Program-made: the position numbers and the translations under genes | Shown here: positions 33,869 through 45,700 of the stretch, piece after piece | Position numbering within the stretch: position 1 is the first letter of the stretch | Layout: the number at the start of each line of letters is the position of its first letter | The notes under the pieces: generated by a model | The model's database searches: none | Told to the model about the DNA's origin: nothing | Seen by the model: the letters and a program-made list of their open reading frames with translations, nothing else | Assembly: GCA_963811795.1 (NCBI GenBank) | Contig: CAWESR010000001.1 | Coordinates: 13,344 to 77,343 of the forward strand | DNA length: 64,000 nucleotides | Source of the DNA: an uncultured Alphaproteobacteria bacterium | Lineage (GTDB): Bacteria > Pseudomonadota > Alphaproteobacteria > Rhizobiales > Xanthobacteraceae | Reading direction: 5' to 3'

Positions 33869-35013
33869 CTGCGATCGACATGGACCACGCGCCCCTTGTC
33901 GATAGCTAGTGCAAGCTGCCCCTTTTTCAAGGCAAGAGCGGCCTCGCCGAACAGTTCGCGGCGCCAGCCATGAAGTGCTCCGACATTGGCATTGTCATCC
34001 GCAGCAATCTGTTCGAGATCGTCCACGGTCGCGATGACCTTGCTGGCGACGGCATGACGCTCGGACGTCATGCGCAGTAACACTTTCAGTAACTCCACAG
34101 TGGCGGAGCCGTTGGCATTGTTTCGCGGTTTTTCGATTTTTGGCAGGGTCGATGGATCGCGTGCAACACCGCGCTGGACTGCATCGACGATATCCTGCCC
34201 CCATTTTGAGCGATCGAAGCCCTTGGGGATGGAGCGCAGATTAGCCAGCCGTTCCAAGGTTGTTGGCGCATGCGTGGCAATGTCCGCGATAGCATCGTCC
34301 TTGAGCACGCGGCTGCGTGGAATGTCGCGGCTTTGCGCTTCGCGCTCGCGCCATGCGGCGATCTCCATGAGCACGGCTAGTTCTTTCGGCTTGCGCACGC
34401 GGGTTCTCAACCGTTCCCATGCGCGCTCAGGATTGATGTCGTAAGTCTGAGGAGATGTCAGTATCTCCATCTCCTCGCTGACCCACTCGCTTCGGCCACG
34501 CTTTTTCAGATCGGCATCAAGGGCTGCGAAAACATCGCGCAAATGGGTGACGTCGGAAACGGCGTAAGTCATCTGGGCTTCGCTGAGCGGTCGCTGCGAC
34601 CAGTCCGTAAAGCGATGGGTCTTGTCGGGACGATGTCCGTTGACGCGCTCCACAAGCTGGTCGTAAGCGATGGAATCGCCATAGCCCAGCACCATCGCCG
34701 CAACCTGCGTATCAAAAACGGGATGCGGTACAATGTTCGCGCGATGCCAGATAATTTCGATATCCTGTCGCGCGGCGTGGAAGACCTTGAGAACTTTTTC
34801 GTTACCCATCAGCTCGAAAAACGGCGCGAGGTCGATACCCTCCGCAAGCGCGTCAATGACGATGGCCTCGTCCGCGCTGGCCAACTGAATGACGCACAGA
34901 AGAGGGTAATAGGTCGTCTCGCGGAGAAACTCCGTATCTACCGTGATGACGGGATGTCCGGAGAGGCGCTTGCAGGCGGCGGCCAAATCGCTGGTTGTTG
35001 TGATGGTTTCCAT
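33865..35013 (-). CDS. rnd: ribonuclease D
   Basis: [31 protein letters not shown] region. Confidence 0.95.
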   Translation of the reverse strand: METITTTSDLAAACKRLSGHPVITVDTEFLRETTYYPLLCVIQLASADEAIVIDALAEGIDLAPFFELMGNEKVLKVFHAARQDIEIIWHRANIVPHPVFDTQVAAMVLGYGDSIAYDQLVERVNGHRPDKTHRFTDWSQRPLSEAQMTYAVSDVTHLRDVFAALDADLKKRGRSEWVSEEMEILTSPQTYDINPERAWERLRTRVRKPKELAVLMEIAAWREREAQSRDIPRSRVLKDDAIADIATHAPTTLERLANLRSIPKGFDRSKWGQDIVDAVQRGVARDPSTLPKIEKPRNNANGSATVELLKVLLRMTSERHAVASKVIATVDDLEQIAADDNANVGALHGWRRELFGEAALALKKGQLALAIDKGRVVHVDRS

Positions 35014-35318
35014 GGCGGGGTTATTAGCGCGTTGGACAAAATTATTCATGCGAAAATCGGCAACATGGGCAAATAGATACACCGAGGCCCGAGGAGGTGA
35101 GGGTGGGGATTCAGCAGAGGGGGTCCCATACTTGGGGCGGGAGGAAAGCCCTTTGGCTAAAAATGGTCCAGGGGCGTTGTTTTTCCTATATTTTTGGCGA
35201 TTTAGGCTCCCGTAAAAAGGACCGCATATGGTTGCCGCGTACCCCGCGCTCGGCTAAACCGGCGCACGCTGGCCTGACCAGCTCCGATTCTGTTCTCTAA
35301 GGCCTTTTCAGGATTTTC

Positions 35319-37115
35319 ATGCATCGCTACCGCTCTCATACCTGCGGCGCACTCCGCGACAGCAACATTGGCGAAACGGCTCGCCTTTCTGGCTGGTGTC
35401 ACCGTATTCGCGACCACGGCGGTGTGCTGTTCATTGATCTGCGTGACCATTATGGCGTCACGCAATGCGTCGTCGATCCGGATTCAGCCGCGTTCAAGCT
35501 CGCTGAAGCCTTGCGCGCGGAGTGGGTGGTGCGGTTCGACGGCAAGGTGCGCCGTCGTCCGGAGGGGACCGAGAATTCGGATCTGCCGACGGGAACGATT
35601 GAATTGTTTATCACCGATATCGAGGTACTCGGCGAGGCGGGCGAACTGCCGATGCCGGTATTTGGCGATCAGGAGTACCCTGAAGATATCAGGCTGAAGA
35701 ACCGCTTCCTCGATCTGCGCCGTGAACGTATCCATCAAAACATTATGACGCGCGGCGCCATCATCGATTCATTGCGAAAGCGGATGAAGGACCAGGGCTT
35801 CTTCGAGTTTCAGACACCGATCCTGACGGCATCAAGCCCTGAAGGAGCGCGCGACTATCTGGTGCCGTCACGCATCCATCCGGGCAAGTTCTACGCGCTG
35901 CCGCAGGCGCCGCAGCAGTTCAAGCAGTTGCTCATGGTGTCGGGCTTCGACCGCTACTTCCAGATTGCGCCATGCTTCCGCGATGAAGATGCGCGGGCAG
36001 ACCGTTCACCCGGCGAATTCTATCAGCTCGATATCGAGATGAGCTTTGTAACGCAGGACGATGTGTTTAACGCAGTTGAGCCTGTGCTGCGCGGTGTCTT
36101 TGACGAGTTCAGCAAAGGTAAATCCGTCACCAGGAATTTTCCGAAGATCAAGTTCGCCGACGCCATGCGCCAGTATGGCTCCGATAAACCGGATCTCCGC
36201 AATCCGATCCTGATGCAGAATGTAACTGAGGCATTCAAAGGCTCAGGCTTTAAAGTGTTCGCGGGCATGATTGCCGCCGATCCAGCCGTGGAAGTTTGGG
36301 CAATTCCGGCGCCGAAGGGCGGCAGCCGCGCATTCTGCGACCGAATGAACGATTGGTCCAAGGGAGAAGGTCAACCAGGTCTCGGTTACATCTTCTGGCG
36401 CGAAAATGAGGAAGGCGGTGCCGGCCCGCTTGCCAAGAATATCGGCCCGGAACGCACGGAAAGCATTCGCACGCAACTAGGGCTTGCCGTTGGTGATGCT
36501 GTGTTCTTCGTCGCAGGCAAGCCGAAAGACTTCGTGAAGTTCGCGGGTCTTGCGCGTAACAAGATCGGCGAAGACCTTGGATTGGTGAAGAAGGATTGCT
36601 TCGAGTTTTGTTGGGTTATCGATTTCCCAATGTTTGAATGGAACGAAGACGAGAAGAAGATCGATTTCTCTCACAATCCATTCTCGATGCCGAACTACAA
36701 TGTCGATGAATTCCTTACGCTCGATGCGAAGGACGAGCAGAAGATTCTCGGCATGACAGCCTTCCAGTATGACATCGTGTGTAACGGTATTGAGTTATCT
36801 TCGGGCGCGATTCGAAATCATCGGCCAGATGTCATGCGCAAAGCCTTCGCCATCGCTGGCTATAGCGAAGATATTCTGGAATCGAAGTTCGGCGGCATGC
36901 TACGCGCGCTCTCGCTTGGCGCGCCACCGCATGGTGGTATCGCGCCGGGTGTTGACCGCATTGTCATGTTGCTTTGCGGTGAGGAAAATCTCCGCGAAGT
37001 TGTGGCATTCCCGATAAATCAGCGCGCGGAAGATTTGTTGATGAGCGCGCCGTCCGAAGTCACGCCGAAACAGTTGCGCGAACTTCATATCAGGCTCAAT
37101 CTGCCGCAAAACTGA
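35319..37115 (+). CDS. aspS: aspartate--tRNA ligase
   Basis: [30 protein letters not shown]. Confidence 0.98.
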   Translation: MHRYRSHTCGALRDSNIGETARLSGWCHRIRDHGGVLFIDLRDHYGVTQCVVDPDSAAFKLAEALRAEWVVRFDGKVRRRPEGTENSDLPTGTIELFITDIEVLGEAGELPMPVFGDQEYPEDIRLKNRFLDLRRERIHQNIMTRGAIIDSLRKRMKDQGFFEFQTPILTASSPEGARDYLVPSRIHPGKFYALPQAPQQFKQLLMVSGFDRYFQIAPCFRDEDARADRSPGEFYQLDIEMSFVTQDDVFNAVEPVLRGVFDEFSKGKSVTRNFPKIKFADAMRQYGSDKPDLRNPILMQNVTEAFKGSGFKVFAGMIAADPAVEVWAIPAPKGGSRAFCDRMNDWSKGEGQPGLGYIFWRENEEGGAGPLAKNIGPERTESIRTQLGLAVGDAVFFVAGKPKDFVKFAGLARNKIGEDLGLVKKDCFEFCWVIDFPMFEWNEDEKKIDFSHNPFSMPNYNVDEFLTLDAKDEQKILGMTAFQYDIVCNGIELSSGAIRNHRPDVMRKAFAIAGYSEDILESKFGGMLRALSLGAPPHGGIAPGVDRIVMLLCGEENLREVVAFPINQRAEDLLMSAPSEVTPKQLRELHIRLNLPQN

Positions 37116-37171
37116 TTTGTCGAATCTCGACCACGGAATTGAACCCGTGTGGACGTTGTTGGGGAATGGTT

Positions 37172-39481
37172 ATGGGGTCGTCGTTTTCTGAAGAGCTTCG
37201 TCAGGCTGCGTTGGCCTACCATCGTCTACCGCGGCCCGGTAAACTAGAGATTCAGGCGATCAAGCCGCTTGCCAATCAGCGCGATCTTGCGCTTGCCTAC
37301 TCACCGGGCGTTGCCGCTGCGTGCGAAGCCATTGCTGCAAACCCGGCTGAAGCAGCGACGCTGACGATACGAGCCAATCTTGTTGCTGTTGTCACCAATG
37401 GCACCGCAGTGCTGGGTCTCGGCAACATCGGTCCGCTTGCCTCGAAGCCTGTGATGGAAGGCAAGGCGGTTCTGTTCAAGAAATTTGCCGGCATCGATGT
37501 GTTCGATATCGAGATCGCCGCCGATACGGTTGAGAGTGTGGTCAATACAGTGGCCGCACTTGAGCCGACTTTCGGGGGCATCAATCTGGAAGACATCAAG
37601 TCGCCGGAGTGTTTTGAGATCGAAGCGCAACTCAAAGAGCGCATGAACATTCCGGTCTTCCATGATGACCAGCATGGCACTGCGATCATCGTTGGCGCGG
37701 CGGTGCGCAACGCGCTGATACTGAATGGCAAGAAGCTCGAAGACATCAAGATTGTGACGGCAGGCGCGGGGGCGGCTGCGCTGGCGTGTCTCAATCTTCT
37801 GGTTTCACTTGGCGCACAACGCAAGAACATCTGGGTGTGCGATATCGACGGCCTTGTCTACGATGGCCGCAACACCCTTATGGATAAATGGAAGGCCATA
37901 TACGCCCAGAAGACAGACAAGCGGACGCTTGCGGACGTGATTGGTGGCGCCGATGTGTTTCTGGGCTTGTCCGGTCCCAACGTATTGACGCCGGACATGG
38001 TCAAACAGATGGCGGACAAGCCGCTGGTGATGGCGCTTGCTAATCCGACACCGGAAATTATGCCGGACGAGGCGCGGAAAGTGCGTCCCGATGCGATGAT
38101 TTGCACGGGCCGTTCTGACTTTCCTAACCAGGTGAACAACGTTCTGTGTTTCCCGTTTATTTTCCGTGGCGCTCTCGATGTTGGTGCGACCGCCATCAAC
38201 GAGGATATGAAGCGCGCTGCGGTCGATGCGCTGGCCCAACTTGCGCGCGATCCGCCGTCCGATGTGGTTGCGCGCTATGACAGCGGCGAGACTCAGGGTT
38301 TCGGGCCGGGATCGCTCATTCCAAGCCCGTTCGATCCACGGTTAATCTTGCGCGTTGCGCCTGCAGTCGCGCTGGCGGCCATGGAATCTGGCGTGGCTAC
38401 ACGGCCCATCGCCGACTTTGAAGCTTATCACGAGCAGCTCGATCGTTTCGCATTTCGCTCTGGCCTCGTGATGAAGCCGGTGTTTGCCAAGGCCAAGACG
38501 CAGCCAGCGCGCGTTATCTATGCCGAAGGTGAGGATGAACGCGTCCTGCGGGCGACCCAGGTCGTTCTGGAGGAAAAGCTGGCGCGGCCCATTCTGGTTG
38601 GGCGTCCGTCTGTCGTTGCGGCGCGTATCGCACGCTTTGGTCTTTCGATCCGCGCGGGGCATGACTTCGACCTGATCAATCCAGAGGATGATCCACGGTA
38701 TCGCTCTTACGTGCAAAGCTATATCGACGTCGCTGGCCGCCATGGCATTACGCCGGAAGCCGCCCGCACATTGGTCCGCACCAACGCGACGGTGATCGCG
38801 GCGCTGGCTGTGAAGCGTGGTGAAGCCGATGCGATGCTCTGCGGTGTCGATGGCCGCTATATGAGTCATTTGTGCCGCATTCGTGAGATCATTGGGGTTT
38901 CGCCGGGACTTGCGGATTACTCTGCACTCGCCTTGGTGATTACCAGCAAAGGCGCCTTCTTCATTGGGGACACCCAGATCCGACCTAACCCCACAGCGGA
39001 AGAGTTAGCCGAAATGGCGGCACTTGCTGCAGTGCATGTGCAACGGTTCGGCATCAAACCAAAGGTCGCGTTCCTATCACATTCGGATTTTGGCAGTTAC
39101 GATTCAGAATCCGCGCGTAAGATGCGCCGCGCCACGGAATTGCTGGCGCAGGATCATCCTGAAATTGAAGCTGATGGCGAGATGCACGGTGACTCAGCTT
39201 TGGCGTCGCTGTCCCGTCAATCTGTACTGCCGCATTCCCGGTTAGAGGGTTCGGCCAATGTTTTGATCATGCCCAACCTCGATGCGGCCAATATCGCTTA
39301 CCAGATGACCAAGGTGCTTGCAGATGCACTGCCGGTCGGTCCGATTTTGATGGGGCCTGCGCGTCCTGCACATATTCTGACGCCGTCGGTCACCGCACGT
39401 GGCATTCTTAACATGACAGCGGTTGCAGCTGTTGAATCGCAGGAGCATGCCGGGCGTCAGAATCCTACCCTATTTGGCTGA
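37172..39481 (+). CDS. maeB: NADP-dependent malic enzyme with PTA-like C-terminal domain
   Basis: [40 protein letters not shown]. Confidence 0.95.
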   Translation: MGSSFSEELRQAALAYHRLPRPGKLEIQAIKPLANQRDLALAYSPGVAAACEAIAANPAEAATLTIRANLVAVVTNGTAVLGLGNIGPLASKPVMEGKAVLFKKFAGIDVFDIEIAADTVESVVNTVAALEPTFGGINLEDIKSPECFEIEAQLKERMNIPVFHDDQHGTAIIVGAAVRNALILNGKKLEDIKIVTAGAGAAALACLNLLVSLGAQRKNIWVCDIDGLVYDGRNTLMDKWKAIYAQKTDKRTLADVIGGADVFLGLSGPNVLTPDMVKQMADKPLVMALANPTPEIMPDEARKVRPDAMICTGRSDFPNQVNNVLCFPFIFRGALDVGATAINEDMKRAAVDALAQLARDPPSDVVARYDSGETQGFGPGSLIPSPFDPRLILRVAPAVALAAMESGVATRPIADFEAYHEQLDRFAFRSGLVMKPVFAKAKTQPARVIYAEGEDERVLRATQVVLEEKLARPILVGRPSVVAARIARFGLSIRAGHDFDLINPEDDPRYRSYVQSYIDVAGRHGITPEAARTLVRTNATVIAALAVKRGEADAMLCGVDGRYMSHLCRIREIIGVSPGLADYSALALVITSKGAFFIGDTQIRPNPTAEELAEMAALAAVHVQRFGIKPKVAFLSHSDFGSYDSESARKMRRATELLAQDHPEIEADGEMHGDSALASLSRQSVLPHSRLEGSANVLIMPNLDAANIAYQMTKVLADALPVGPILMGPARPAHILTPSVTARGILNMTAVAAVESQEHAGRQNPTLFG

Positions 39482-39604
39482 CAAGACAATCGGTGCATTG
39501 CGTGCATGATACACCAAGAGCGTGATGTGATTTAGACTGGATGGTCGCTAATCCTTCATTTCTGTTTTAATTAGTTCATTCAGAGTCAGTCAGGCGGGGC
39601 CGAT

Positions 39605-40057
39605 ATGTCAGCTTTTTTTACTCTCGGACGCATTCTGTTTGTCTTGCTGTTTGTATTTTCCGGAGTTTCCAAACTTTTCGATATCGCTGCAACCGCACAA
39701 GAAATCTCAGATAAGGTTGCGATCCCGGCAATGATTGGGCCTTACATGGCGCAACTTGAGACAATGGCGGGCATGGCGACACCGCGCATGCTGGCGATTG
39801 TGGCTGGTGTGGTCGAAATTTTCAGCGGACTGATGATTGCATTGAATTTCGGTTCGCGCTTCTTTTCATGGGTGTTGATTTTGTTCGTGGCGGTAGCCAC
39901 TTTTTACTTTCATAATTTTTGGGATATGGCAGGTGCCGATCGCATCAATAATATGATCCACGCCTTGAAGAATTTGTCGCTGATCGGTGGACTCTTGCTT
40001 ATCGTGGGTTATCCCAAAATAGACCTCACCGAGTCCGGTTACGCTGGGACGTACTGA
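39605..40057 (+). CDS. DoxX family membrane protein
   Basis: GRILF...SGVSK, FHNFW, KNLSLIGGLL. Confidence 0.88.
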   Translation: MSAFFTLGRILFVLLFVFSGVSKLFDIAATAQEISDKVAIPAMIGPYMAQLETMAGMATPRMLAIVAGVVEIFSGLMIALNFGSRFFSWVLILFVAVATFYFHNFWDMAGADRINNMIHALKNLSLIGGLLLIVGYPKIDLTESGYAGTY

Positions 40058-40116
40058 TAACAGTATTGGCCTTCTGCCACCTACTGCGCGCCAGTGTTTG
40101 ACTAGCCTTTGCAGAA

Positions 40117-40695
40117 CTAGTTTTGGACTGTCTTTGATCTGCGCCACGCGGTGACATCAACATTTTGTTCCGCGTCCAGCGTGTGGGTTTCTGCGGGTTC
40201 AAGGCCATGAGCACCAAGGATTGCCTGAGGCGATTGTTCGGGCACGTCAGGGAATGCGCCGACCCCGTCCGGAATTTTGACGCGATGTGCTTGCGATAGC
40301 CAGAACGTATCGTAGCGGTCCATAAACATCTCAAAAACGTCAGGACCGCCAATGATTGCGACAGTGCCGGAATTGACGCCGGCCTGCGTGCAGGCCTGCT
40401 CGAACGAGGCGCCTGCGGGATTCCATAGTGTTGCTTTTGGATTGGTCGGATCGCGGTCGACGCCGGATATTGATCGCGTCAAAATAATCCGTGTGCGTTG
40501 TGGTGAACGCGGCTGATCCTCAAAGGAGTTGCGGCCATGGACGATAAGGTCCACGCGATCCAGCGCGCTTTCAAAAAAACTCTGGTCGCCCGCAAACTTC
40601 AGGGAGGCGGGCATCATGCCGTTGGCATCGGCAAGCATGCCGTCCGCCGACACGATGACATAACCTTCGATGCGAAGGGCAATAGCCGCCATCAC
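40117..40695 (-). CDS. dihydrofolate reductase-like protein
   Basis: IVSADGMLA, VHGRNSFE, IILTR, AIIGG. Confidence 0.8.
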   Translation of the reverse strand: MMAAIALRIEGYVIVSADGMLADANGMMPASLKFAGDQSFFESALDRVDLIVHGRNSFEDQPRSPQRTRIILTRSISGVDRDPTNPKATLWNPAGASFEQACTQAGVNSGTVAIIGGPDVFEMFMDRYDTFWLSQAHRVKIPDGVGAFPDVPEQSPQAILGAHGLEPAETHTLDAEQNVDVTAWRRSKTVQN

Positions 40696-40727
40696 CTGAA
40701 CTTTCGGAAGCGTGCATTAGCGCCGCG

Positions 40728-41672
40728 TTACTCGGAAATGGTTTGCACTACGCTCGACAAAGGCCGTGTGCTGACGGTCGGCAGCTTGAGGCTTTTGACG
40801 ATTTCCTCGTCATATTGCGCGATGGTTTTAATCGGAGTTTTGGCTTTGACCTGCACAATCTTGTAACCGCCCGCCTTCAACCAATTCATCAGCTCAGGCA
40901 ATGCTTCCGCTGTATGTTTCTGGAAGTCGTGCATCAGCACAATGCCTTTGCCGAGCTTGTCGAGTTTGGTCATAATAGTATTGACGATCTTTTGGGCTGT
41001 GCTGGCCTTGAAATCGAAAGAGTCCAGATCGCACGACCAGACGGCGATATTTCGTTCACCCGCATAAGTCACCATCGCAGGTGGGTGCTGAAGTGCAGGG
41101 AAGCGGAAGAACGGAGCAGGTGCACTGCCAAGCGCCCAGGCAACCGCGCTGAAACCTTTTTCGATTTCTTCCTTGGCTTGCGCTTCAGTGATGCGTTTGT
41201 TGTTGAGGTTGGCATGTGACCATGTGTGCGAGCCGACCGTGTGGCCCTGCTCAGCGACCTGCTTTAAAATTTCAGGATAATAGGTGGCGTGTTTGCCGAT
41301 TGGGAAGAAAATCGCCTTGGTGCATTCGTCCGCAAGGGTCTTGAGCACGGATGGCGTATTGGCTGGCCACGGACCGTCGTCGAAAGTCAGCACAACTTCC
41401 TTGTCACGCAGAAAATCGAGCTGTTTGAAATGTTCGAAACCAAATCCTGGACCGCCGGCTGTATCGATCGCGATAACCCGCGATACGCCAATGGCATTCG
41501 GATTTGCGCAAGGGGTCTTGGCTGGGGCTGCTGCTACGGGCGCCGGGGTTTGCGAGACTGGGGGTGCCGCAGCGGGTGCATTGCGCTGGGGAATGAGTGC
41601 TTGAGACCATGCGCTGTTGAACGCGCAAAGGGAAATAGCACCGGCGAGAACCAGGCTTGTGGTGATGCGCAT
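40728..41672 (-). CDS. polysaccharide deacetylase (NodB family), secreted
   Basis: LTFDDGP, GSHTWSH, FRFP, VLMHD. Confidence 0.92.
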   Translation of the reverse strand: MRITTSLVLAGAISLCAFNSAWSQALIPQRNAPAAAPPVSQTPAPVAAAPAKTPCANPNAIGVSRVIAIDTAGGPGFGFEHFKQLDFLRDKEVVLTFDDGPWPANTPSVLKTLADECTKAIFFPIGKHATYYPEILKQVAEQGHTVGSHTWSHANLNNKRITEAQAKEEIEKGFSAVAWALGSAPAPFFRFPALQHPPAMVTYAGERNIAVWSCDLDSFDFKASTAQKIVNTIMTKLDKLGKGIVLMHDFQKHTAEALPELMNWLKAGGYKIVQVKAKTPIKTIAQYDEEIVKSLKLPTVSTRPLSSVVQTISE

Positions 41673-41969
41673 TTGAACTCCTTAGAATAATTGGTGCCAA
41701 TCATGCCGCGCGCGGGATTTCTCATTCAGAAGCCCAGATTGCAGAGGCTCAGATCGGCTGACCTCGCTTGGGAACTCATCGTCCGTCGCACGTCATTAGC
41801 CTAGCTGGACAAGTGCTGCTACGCCAACGCCTTTTAAGGTTAGTGGGACCGACCCAATGGGAAGGTTAATGGAGAAAGCGGCGTCTATGGGGCAAGAAGC
41901 TGGCCCATGGTGGTTAATATCCGAATGGGTGCGGTTTTCGAGGCAGAGAGACCGCAATAACGATGCCGG

Positions 41970-43202
41970 CTACTGCGACCGCTGTGTGACAATAAAGTCG
42001 GTTCCTCGCCCCGTTTCATTGCCGAGCCCCTGATCGGAAATCACCAGTGAGCTGCCCGGCGCAATTATTGAGGCGATCCGTTGCATGGCATCCTGTGGAA
42101 TGGCTATGCGATCCAGCGCCTCGTAAGGCGTGGGTGGTGGTTGAAGGATGAGCGGTTCAGTTTTTGCAGATGATTTTTTGTGTCGAGACCATTCGTCGTC
42201 GTTGCGCTTTGCTGTCACACGTATGGGAGATGCAAGCGAAATGACAGACCAATGCAGCGTATCAGTATCGCTTGTGTCTCCGCGGACAGTGAAAATGTGA
42301 GTGCCGAGCGGCCGGTCAGCGGAATCAATCGTGATCGGTACATCGAATAGCGGTTCGAAATTCTGCCGGACATAAAGTTTGCTGTCTTTGCGGCTCAGAT
42401 AAATTGCAACATGTCCTGTGCGCGGTTTGATTGGCCCAATCGCCCCTGTCGTTACGATGTTGTCCGAGGACAAGGGCAGCCCTGTCTCTTTCTCTGCATC
42501 GGTTGCTTTCTCTATATTGGCCGCAACCAGAACCGGCGCAGGCTTTCGTGTGATCAGTATGGGATGTGAAAAATCGGATGGAGATAATTCATCCGCTGCG
42601 ATGATCACGCGCGTGCCAGGTTTGGTCCAGCTCCACATCCGCATCGCGAAATTGTATGGCATGCGGATGCAGCCATGCGAGGCTGCATAACCGGGCAATA
42701 TGCCGGCATGAAGAGCTACGCCGGACCATGTAATACGCTGCATGTATGGCATCGGCGCATCGCTGTAGATATTGGAGCGATGCCATTTATTTTTCTGGAT
42801 GACGCTGAATGCGCCCAACGGGGTTGGATGGCTGCGTGTGCCTGTCGAGACAGGAGCCTCCGCGAAAAGACCGTTGGCATCGTAGATTTTAAGCCGCTGC
42901 TTCGTGGTGGAAATGGTGACGAGGAGCGGGCCTTGAGGTTTTTGAATCTCTTTTGGTATGGAGGCGGGTTTTGACGTGTGTGTTTTGGTTGGCGTCGTAT
43001 GATTTGTAGACGGCCAGGATTGCCCAAAGAGGGGCCTGCGATCGTAATGCCCGCCGAGTGCGCCTGGCCAGGACATTTGAGCATGCGCTTGCGCCGCATG
43101 CGTAAGCATGGCTGTTGCCGCAAAACATATAGTTCGTGAAAGCGTGCCAATGCGAATGTGTGAGAATGCTTTGTTTGCTTGCCACTGATCGCCCAAAGTC
43201 AT
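41970..43202 (-). CDS. L,D-transpeptidase family protein (start approximate)
   Basis: PVSTG, TPLGAFSV, ALHAG...ASHGCIRM. Confidence 0.9.
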   Translation of the reverse strand: MTLGDQWQANKAFSHIRIGTLSRTICFAATAMLTHAAQAHAQMSWPGALGGHYDRRPLFGQSWPSTNHTTPTKTHTSKPASIPKEIQKPQGPLLVTISTTKQRLKIYDANGLFAEAPVSTGTRSHPTPLGAFSVIQKNKWHRSNIYSDAPMPYMQRITWSGVALHAGILPGYAASHGCIRMPYNFAMRMWSWTKPGTRVIIAADELSPSDFSHPILITRKPAPVLVAANIEKATDAEKETGLPLSSDNIVTTGAIGPIKPRTGHVAIYLSRKDSKLYVRQNFEPLFDVPITIDSADRPLGTHIFTVRGDTSDTDTLHWSVISLASPIRVTAKRNDDEWSRHKKSSAKTEPLILQPPPTPYEALDRIAIPQDAMQRIASIIAPGSSLVISDQGLGNETGRGTDFIVTQRSQ

Positions 43203-43353
43203 ACGCACGCGACGCCCCTGATCGATTTCCACTAGCCAATGTCTGAAATGGTAAAACGTTCCAAACTTGGCGCGTCAAAATCGTCAGCAGGCCATGCTGC
43301 GGCGAAGGTATGATAAAAATGCAGCGATCTAATTTTGTCGCAGGTCGCGATCC

Positions 43354-43644
43354 TTAGTGCCGAGCATTTTTACGTTCGACACACTGGATAGAACGTTCAA
43401 CACCTGCAGGTGTCAGCCGCGTCCCTGTGATTTCCTTGATTTTTCCGGAGGGGCAAGAACCATCATCGACCCAGATGCGTTGACCCAGACGCACATCGCC
43501 GACATCCGCTTCCCGTGAGACAATATCCGCACGGGCTGGAGCGATTGCGACAATGAGATTTAGGACCATTGCCCCTGCTATCGCCAAGCCATTGACGTGC
43601 GGCTGTAGAGGGTGTGGGCGAGGGAGGAATCGTCTGAATATCAT
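43354..43644 (-). CDS. small secreted protein, DUF6719-like (start uncertain)
   Basis: LGQRIWVDDGSCPSGKIKEITG...RSIQCV. Confidence 0.65.
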   Translation of the reverse strand: MIFRRFLPRPHPLQPHVNGLAIAGAMVLNLIVAIAPARADIVSREADVGDVRLGQRIWVDDGSCPSGKIKEITGTRLTPAGVERSIQCVERKNARH

Positions 43645-43842
43645 CGTCTTACCCTAGCTGCTTGATGGCGATTCTCATAGCAGTGGGTGGCGGAAATGCT
43701 GCGGTTCAGGCCGTGAAGCCGGACGTTAACCACGATCCAACGTCGCTAACGGCATTAATAAAAAATTATCAAATTCTCGCCGCACTCCCATGGAACCTTT
43801 GCCGCGGGCTGGATATTATGAGGCCAGTGGCGAGGGGTGAGT

Positions 43843-44100
43843 ATGCGTGGCCTTTTAGTAGCGTTGGGTGTGTCTGTCGCGGCGGCATCGCCGTCTTTTG
43901 CGCAAAATTTCCTGAAAACTGAGCCTTATGTTCTCGCGCCGTATGCCGTTGTCTTCGTAGATAACGGAAGCTGCGGCGTGGGAAAGGTACTCAAGGTGCG
44001 GGGCGCTCTCGGGGCGATGCGCCGCTCCAAGGTGTGCGTGCCGATGGGGTCCGATCAGGCATTGTTGACTGGCTCTATTCCTAATGTGATCCGGCGTTGA
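43843..44100 (+). CDS. small secreted protein, DUF6719-like
   Basis: signal peptide ending SFA; VFVDNGSCGVGKVLKVRG...RSKVCV. Confidence 0.7.
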   Translation: MRGLLVALGVSVAAASPSFAQNFLKTEPYVLAPYAVVFVDNGSCGVGKVLKVRGALGAMRRSKVCVPMGSDQALLTGSIPNVIRR

Positions 44101-44265
44101 CGGCACGATGTGCCCAGTCGCCATACTGACTGCGTAATTCTGTCCTGTATTTTCCCGATTTGCCGTCACAGTGCATCTCTGGTTCCGTTTGCACCGGAAA
44201 CCGTATCGTGCGTGTGCCGTTGATGCATGTCCCTCTGGGATGCAGACAATTGGACGGGAGGTGCT

Positions 44266-44571
44266 GTGAGTCAGAGCCTCAGCAAACCGAAAACCAAAAC
44301 ACGGACGAAAACGAAACGTCCGCCGCTCTATAAAGTGATCCTCATCAACGACGACTACACGCCGCGCGAGTTCGTTGTGGAGGTGTTGAAGGCGGTCTTC
44401 CGCATGACGGAAGAGCAGAGCTATCGCGTGATGATGACGGCGCACCAGAAAGGCGCCTGCGTCATCGCGGTGTATACGCGTGATGTTGCCGAGACCAAGG
44501 CGAAAGAAGCAACCGAACTCGGCAAGGCCAAAGGCTATCCGCTATTTTTCACGACGGAAAAGGAAGAATAG
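44266..44571 (+). CDS. clpS: ATP-dependent Clp protease adaptor ClpS (stand-alone paralog)
   Basis: RPPLYKVILINDDYTPREFV, MTAHQKG, VAETK. Confidence 0.93.
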   Translation: MSQSLSKPKTKTRTKTKRPPLYKVILINDDYTPREFVVEVLKAVFRMTEEQSYRVMMTAHQKGACVIAVYTRDVAETKAKEATELGKAKGYPLFFTTEKEE

Positions 44572-44655
44572 GGAAAGGTCGCGCTCGAAATCGTGATTGC
44601 GCGACGGATCATCATCCCGGCTACGCTGATCGTCTCTTCACAGGAGTGACGACAC

Positions 44656-45246
44656 ATGACCGACCGCATCCTCGTTTTTTATGGCTCATATCGTTCGGAC
44701 AGGATGGGCATTCGCCTTGCGGATTTTATCGTCAAGGGCCTGCGCGCGCGCGGCTGCGATGTCGAACTGATCGACGCCAGGGAAGTCGGCCTGCCGATGT
44801 TAGATCGCATGTACAAGGAATATCCGAAAGGCGAAGCGCCCGCCGCGATGGAGGAACTTGCGCAAAAGATCATCGCCGCCGATGGCTTCGTGTTCGTGAC
44901 GGGCGAATACAATTGGGGACTGCAGCCGGGGCTGAAGAACCTGACCGATCATTTTCTGGAAGAATATTTTTGGCGGCCTGCGGCCATCGCCAGTTATTCA
45001 GCGGGGCGCTTTTCCGGCGTGCGCGCGGCGCTCAATTGGCACGGCTCGCTCTCGGAGATGGGCATGGTGGTGACATCAGCAACAATTGCCGTCGGGCCGA
45101 TTGCGCAAACGCTCTCCACTGATGGCGAGCCGACCGGCGAGGGCGGCAAGGCGCTCGCAAATTCCTTCCCGCGCTTCGCGGATGATTTGCTGTGGTGGGT
45201 GGAAGCAGCGAAGACGCAGCGCGCGAAGGGGAAGGTGCCGTATTAA
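44656..45246 (+). CDS. NADPH-dependent FMN reductase
   Basis: YGSYRSDR, VTGEYNWG, LKNLTD. Confidence 0.9.
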   Translation: MTDRILVFYGSYRSDRMGIRLADFIVKGLRARGCDVELIDAREVGLPMLDRMYKEYPKGEAPAAMEELAQKIIAADGFVFVTGEYNWGLQPGLKNLTDHFLEEYFWRPAAIASYSAGRFSGVRAALNWHGSLSEMGMVVTSATIAVGPIAQTLSTDGEPTGEGGKALANSFPRFADDLLWWVEAAKTQRAKGKVPY

Positions 45247-45283
45247 GGGGTGTGGATGCGGGCTGAGGCACCCGACTATCCCT

Positions 45284-45320
45284 CGTCATGGCCGGGCTTG
45301 ACCCGGCCATCCACGTCTTT
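45284..45320. repeat. CGTC-type REP element
   Basis: cgtc-atggccggg-cttga-cccggccat-ccacgtcttt, resembling the REP units common in Bradyrhizobiaceae. Confidence 0.7.
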
Positions 45321-45325
45321 GCCGA

Positions 45326-45622
45326 CTACTTCCTGCTGGCTTCGATGATCCCGTTCCATGCGGTTGATAATGCATCGAGGCGTTCGGAGGCCGCGCTGGC
45401 GACGGTGACGATAGGCAAACCCTCATCCCCATGAAAATCAGCCATGGCATGCCCGATCAGGCGAAGCGCATGCACCAGCGCGCGGGCGTCGTGCAACGGC
45501 TCTTCCATATCCAACGCAAGACTGATGATGGCTGCGCGGGCGGATGGCTTGCTTGCGCGGGAGGGCGCCTTGGACCGGCGCGCGCGCAACGGCTTCCTCC
45601 GCGCCGTGATTGCGCGTGGCAT
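45326..45622 (-). CDS. hypothetical protein divergent from the XRE regulator
   Basis: ORF MPRAITARRK... with RBS gagg; basic N-terminus, helical C-terminus. Confidence 0.6.
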   Translation of the reverse strand: MPRAITARRKPLRARRSKAPSRASKPSARAAIISLALDMEEPLHDARALVHALRLIGHAMADFHGDEGLPIVTVASAASERLDALSTAWNGIIEASRK

Positions 45623-45651
45623 GGGGAACCTCATCTGATAATATGTTGAAC

Positions 45652-45670
45652 ATCAGTCATTTTGACTGAT
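45652..45670. promoter_or_regulatory. palindromic operator candidate
   Basis: atcagtca-ttt-tgactgat in the AT-rich divergent intergenic region. Confidence 0.5.
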
Positions 45671-45700
45671 TTCGTATTTATCGAGCAAAAATATCTATAT

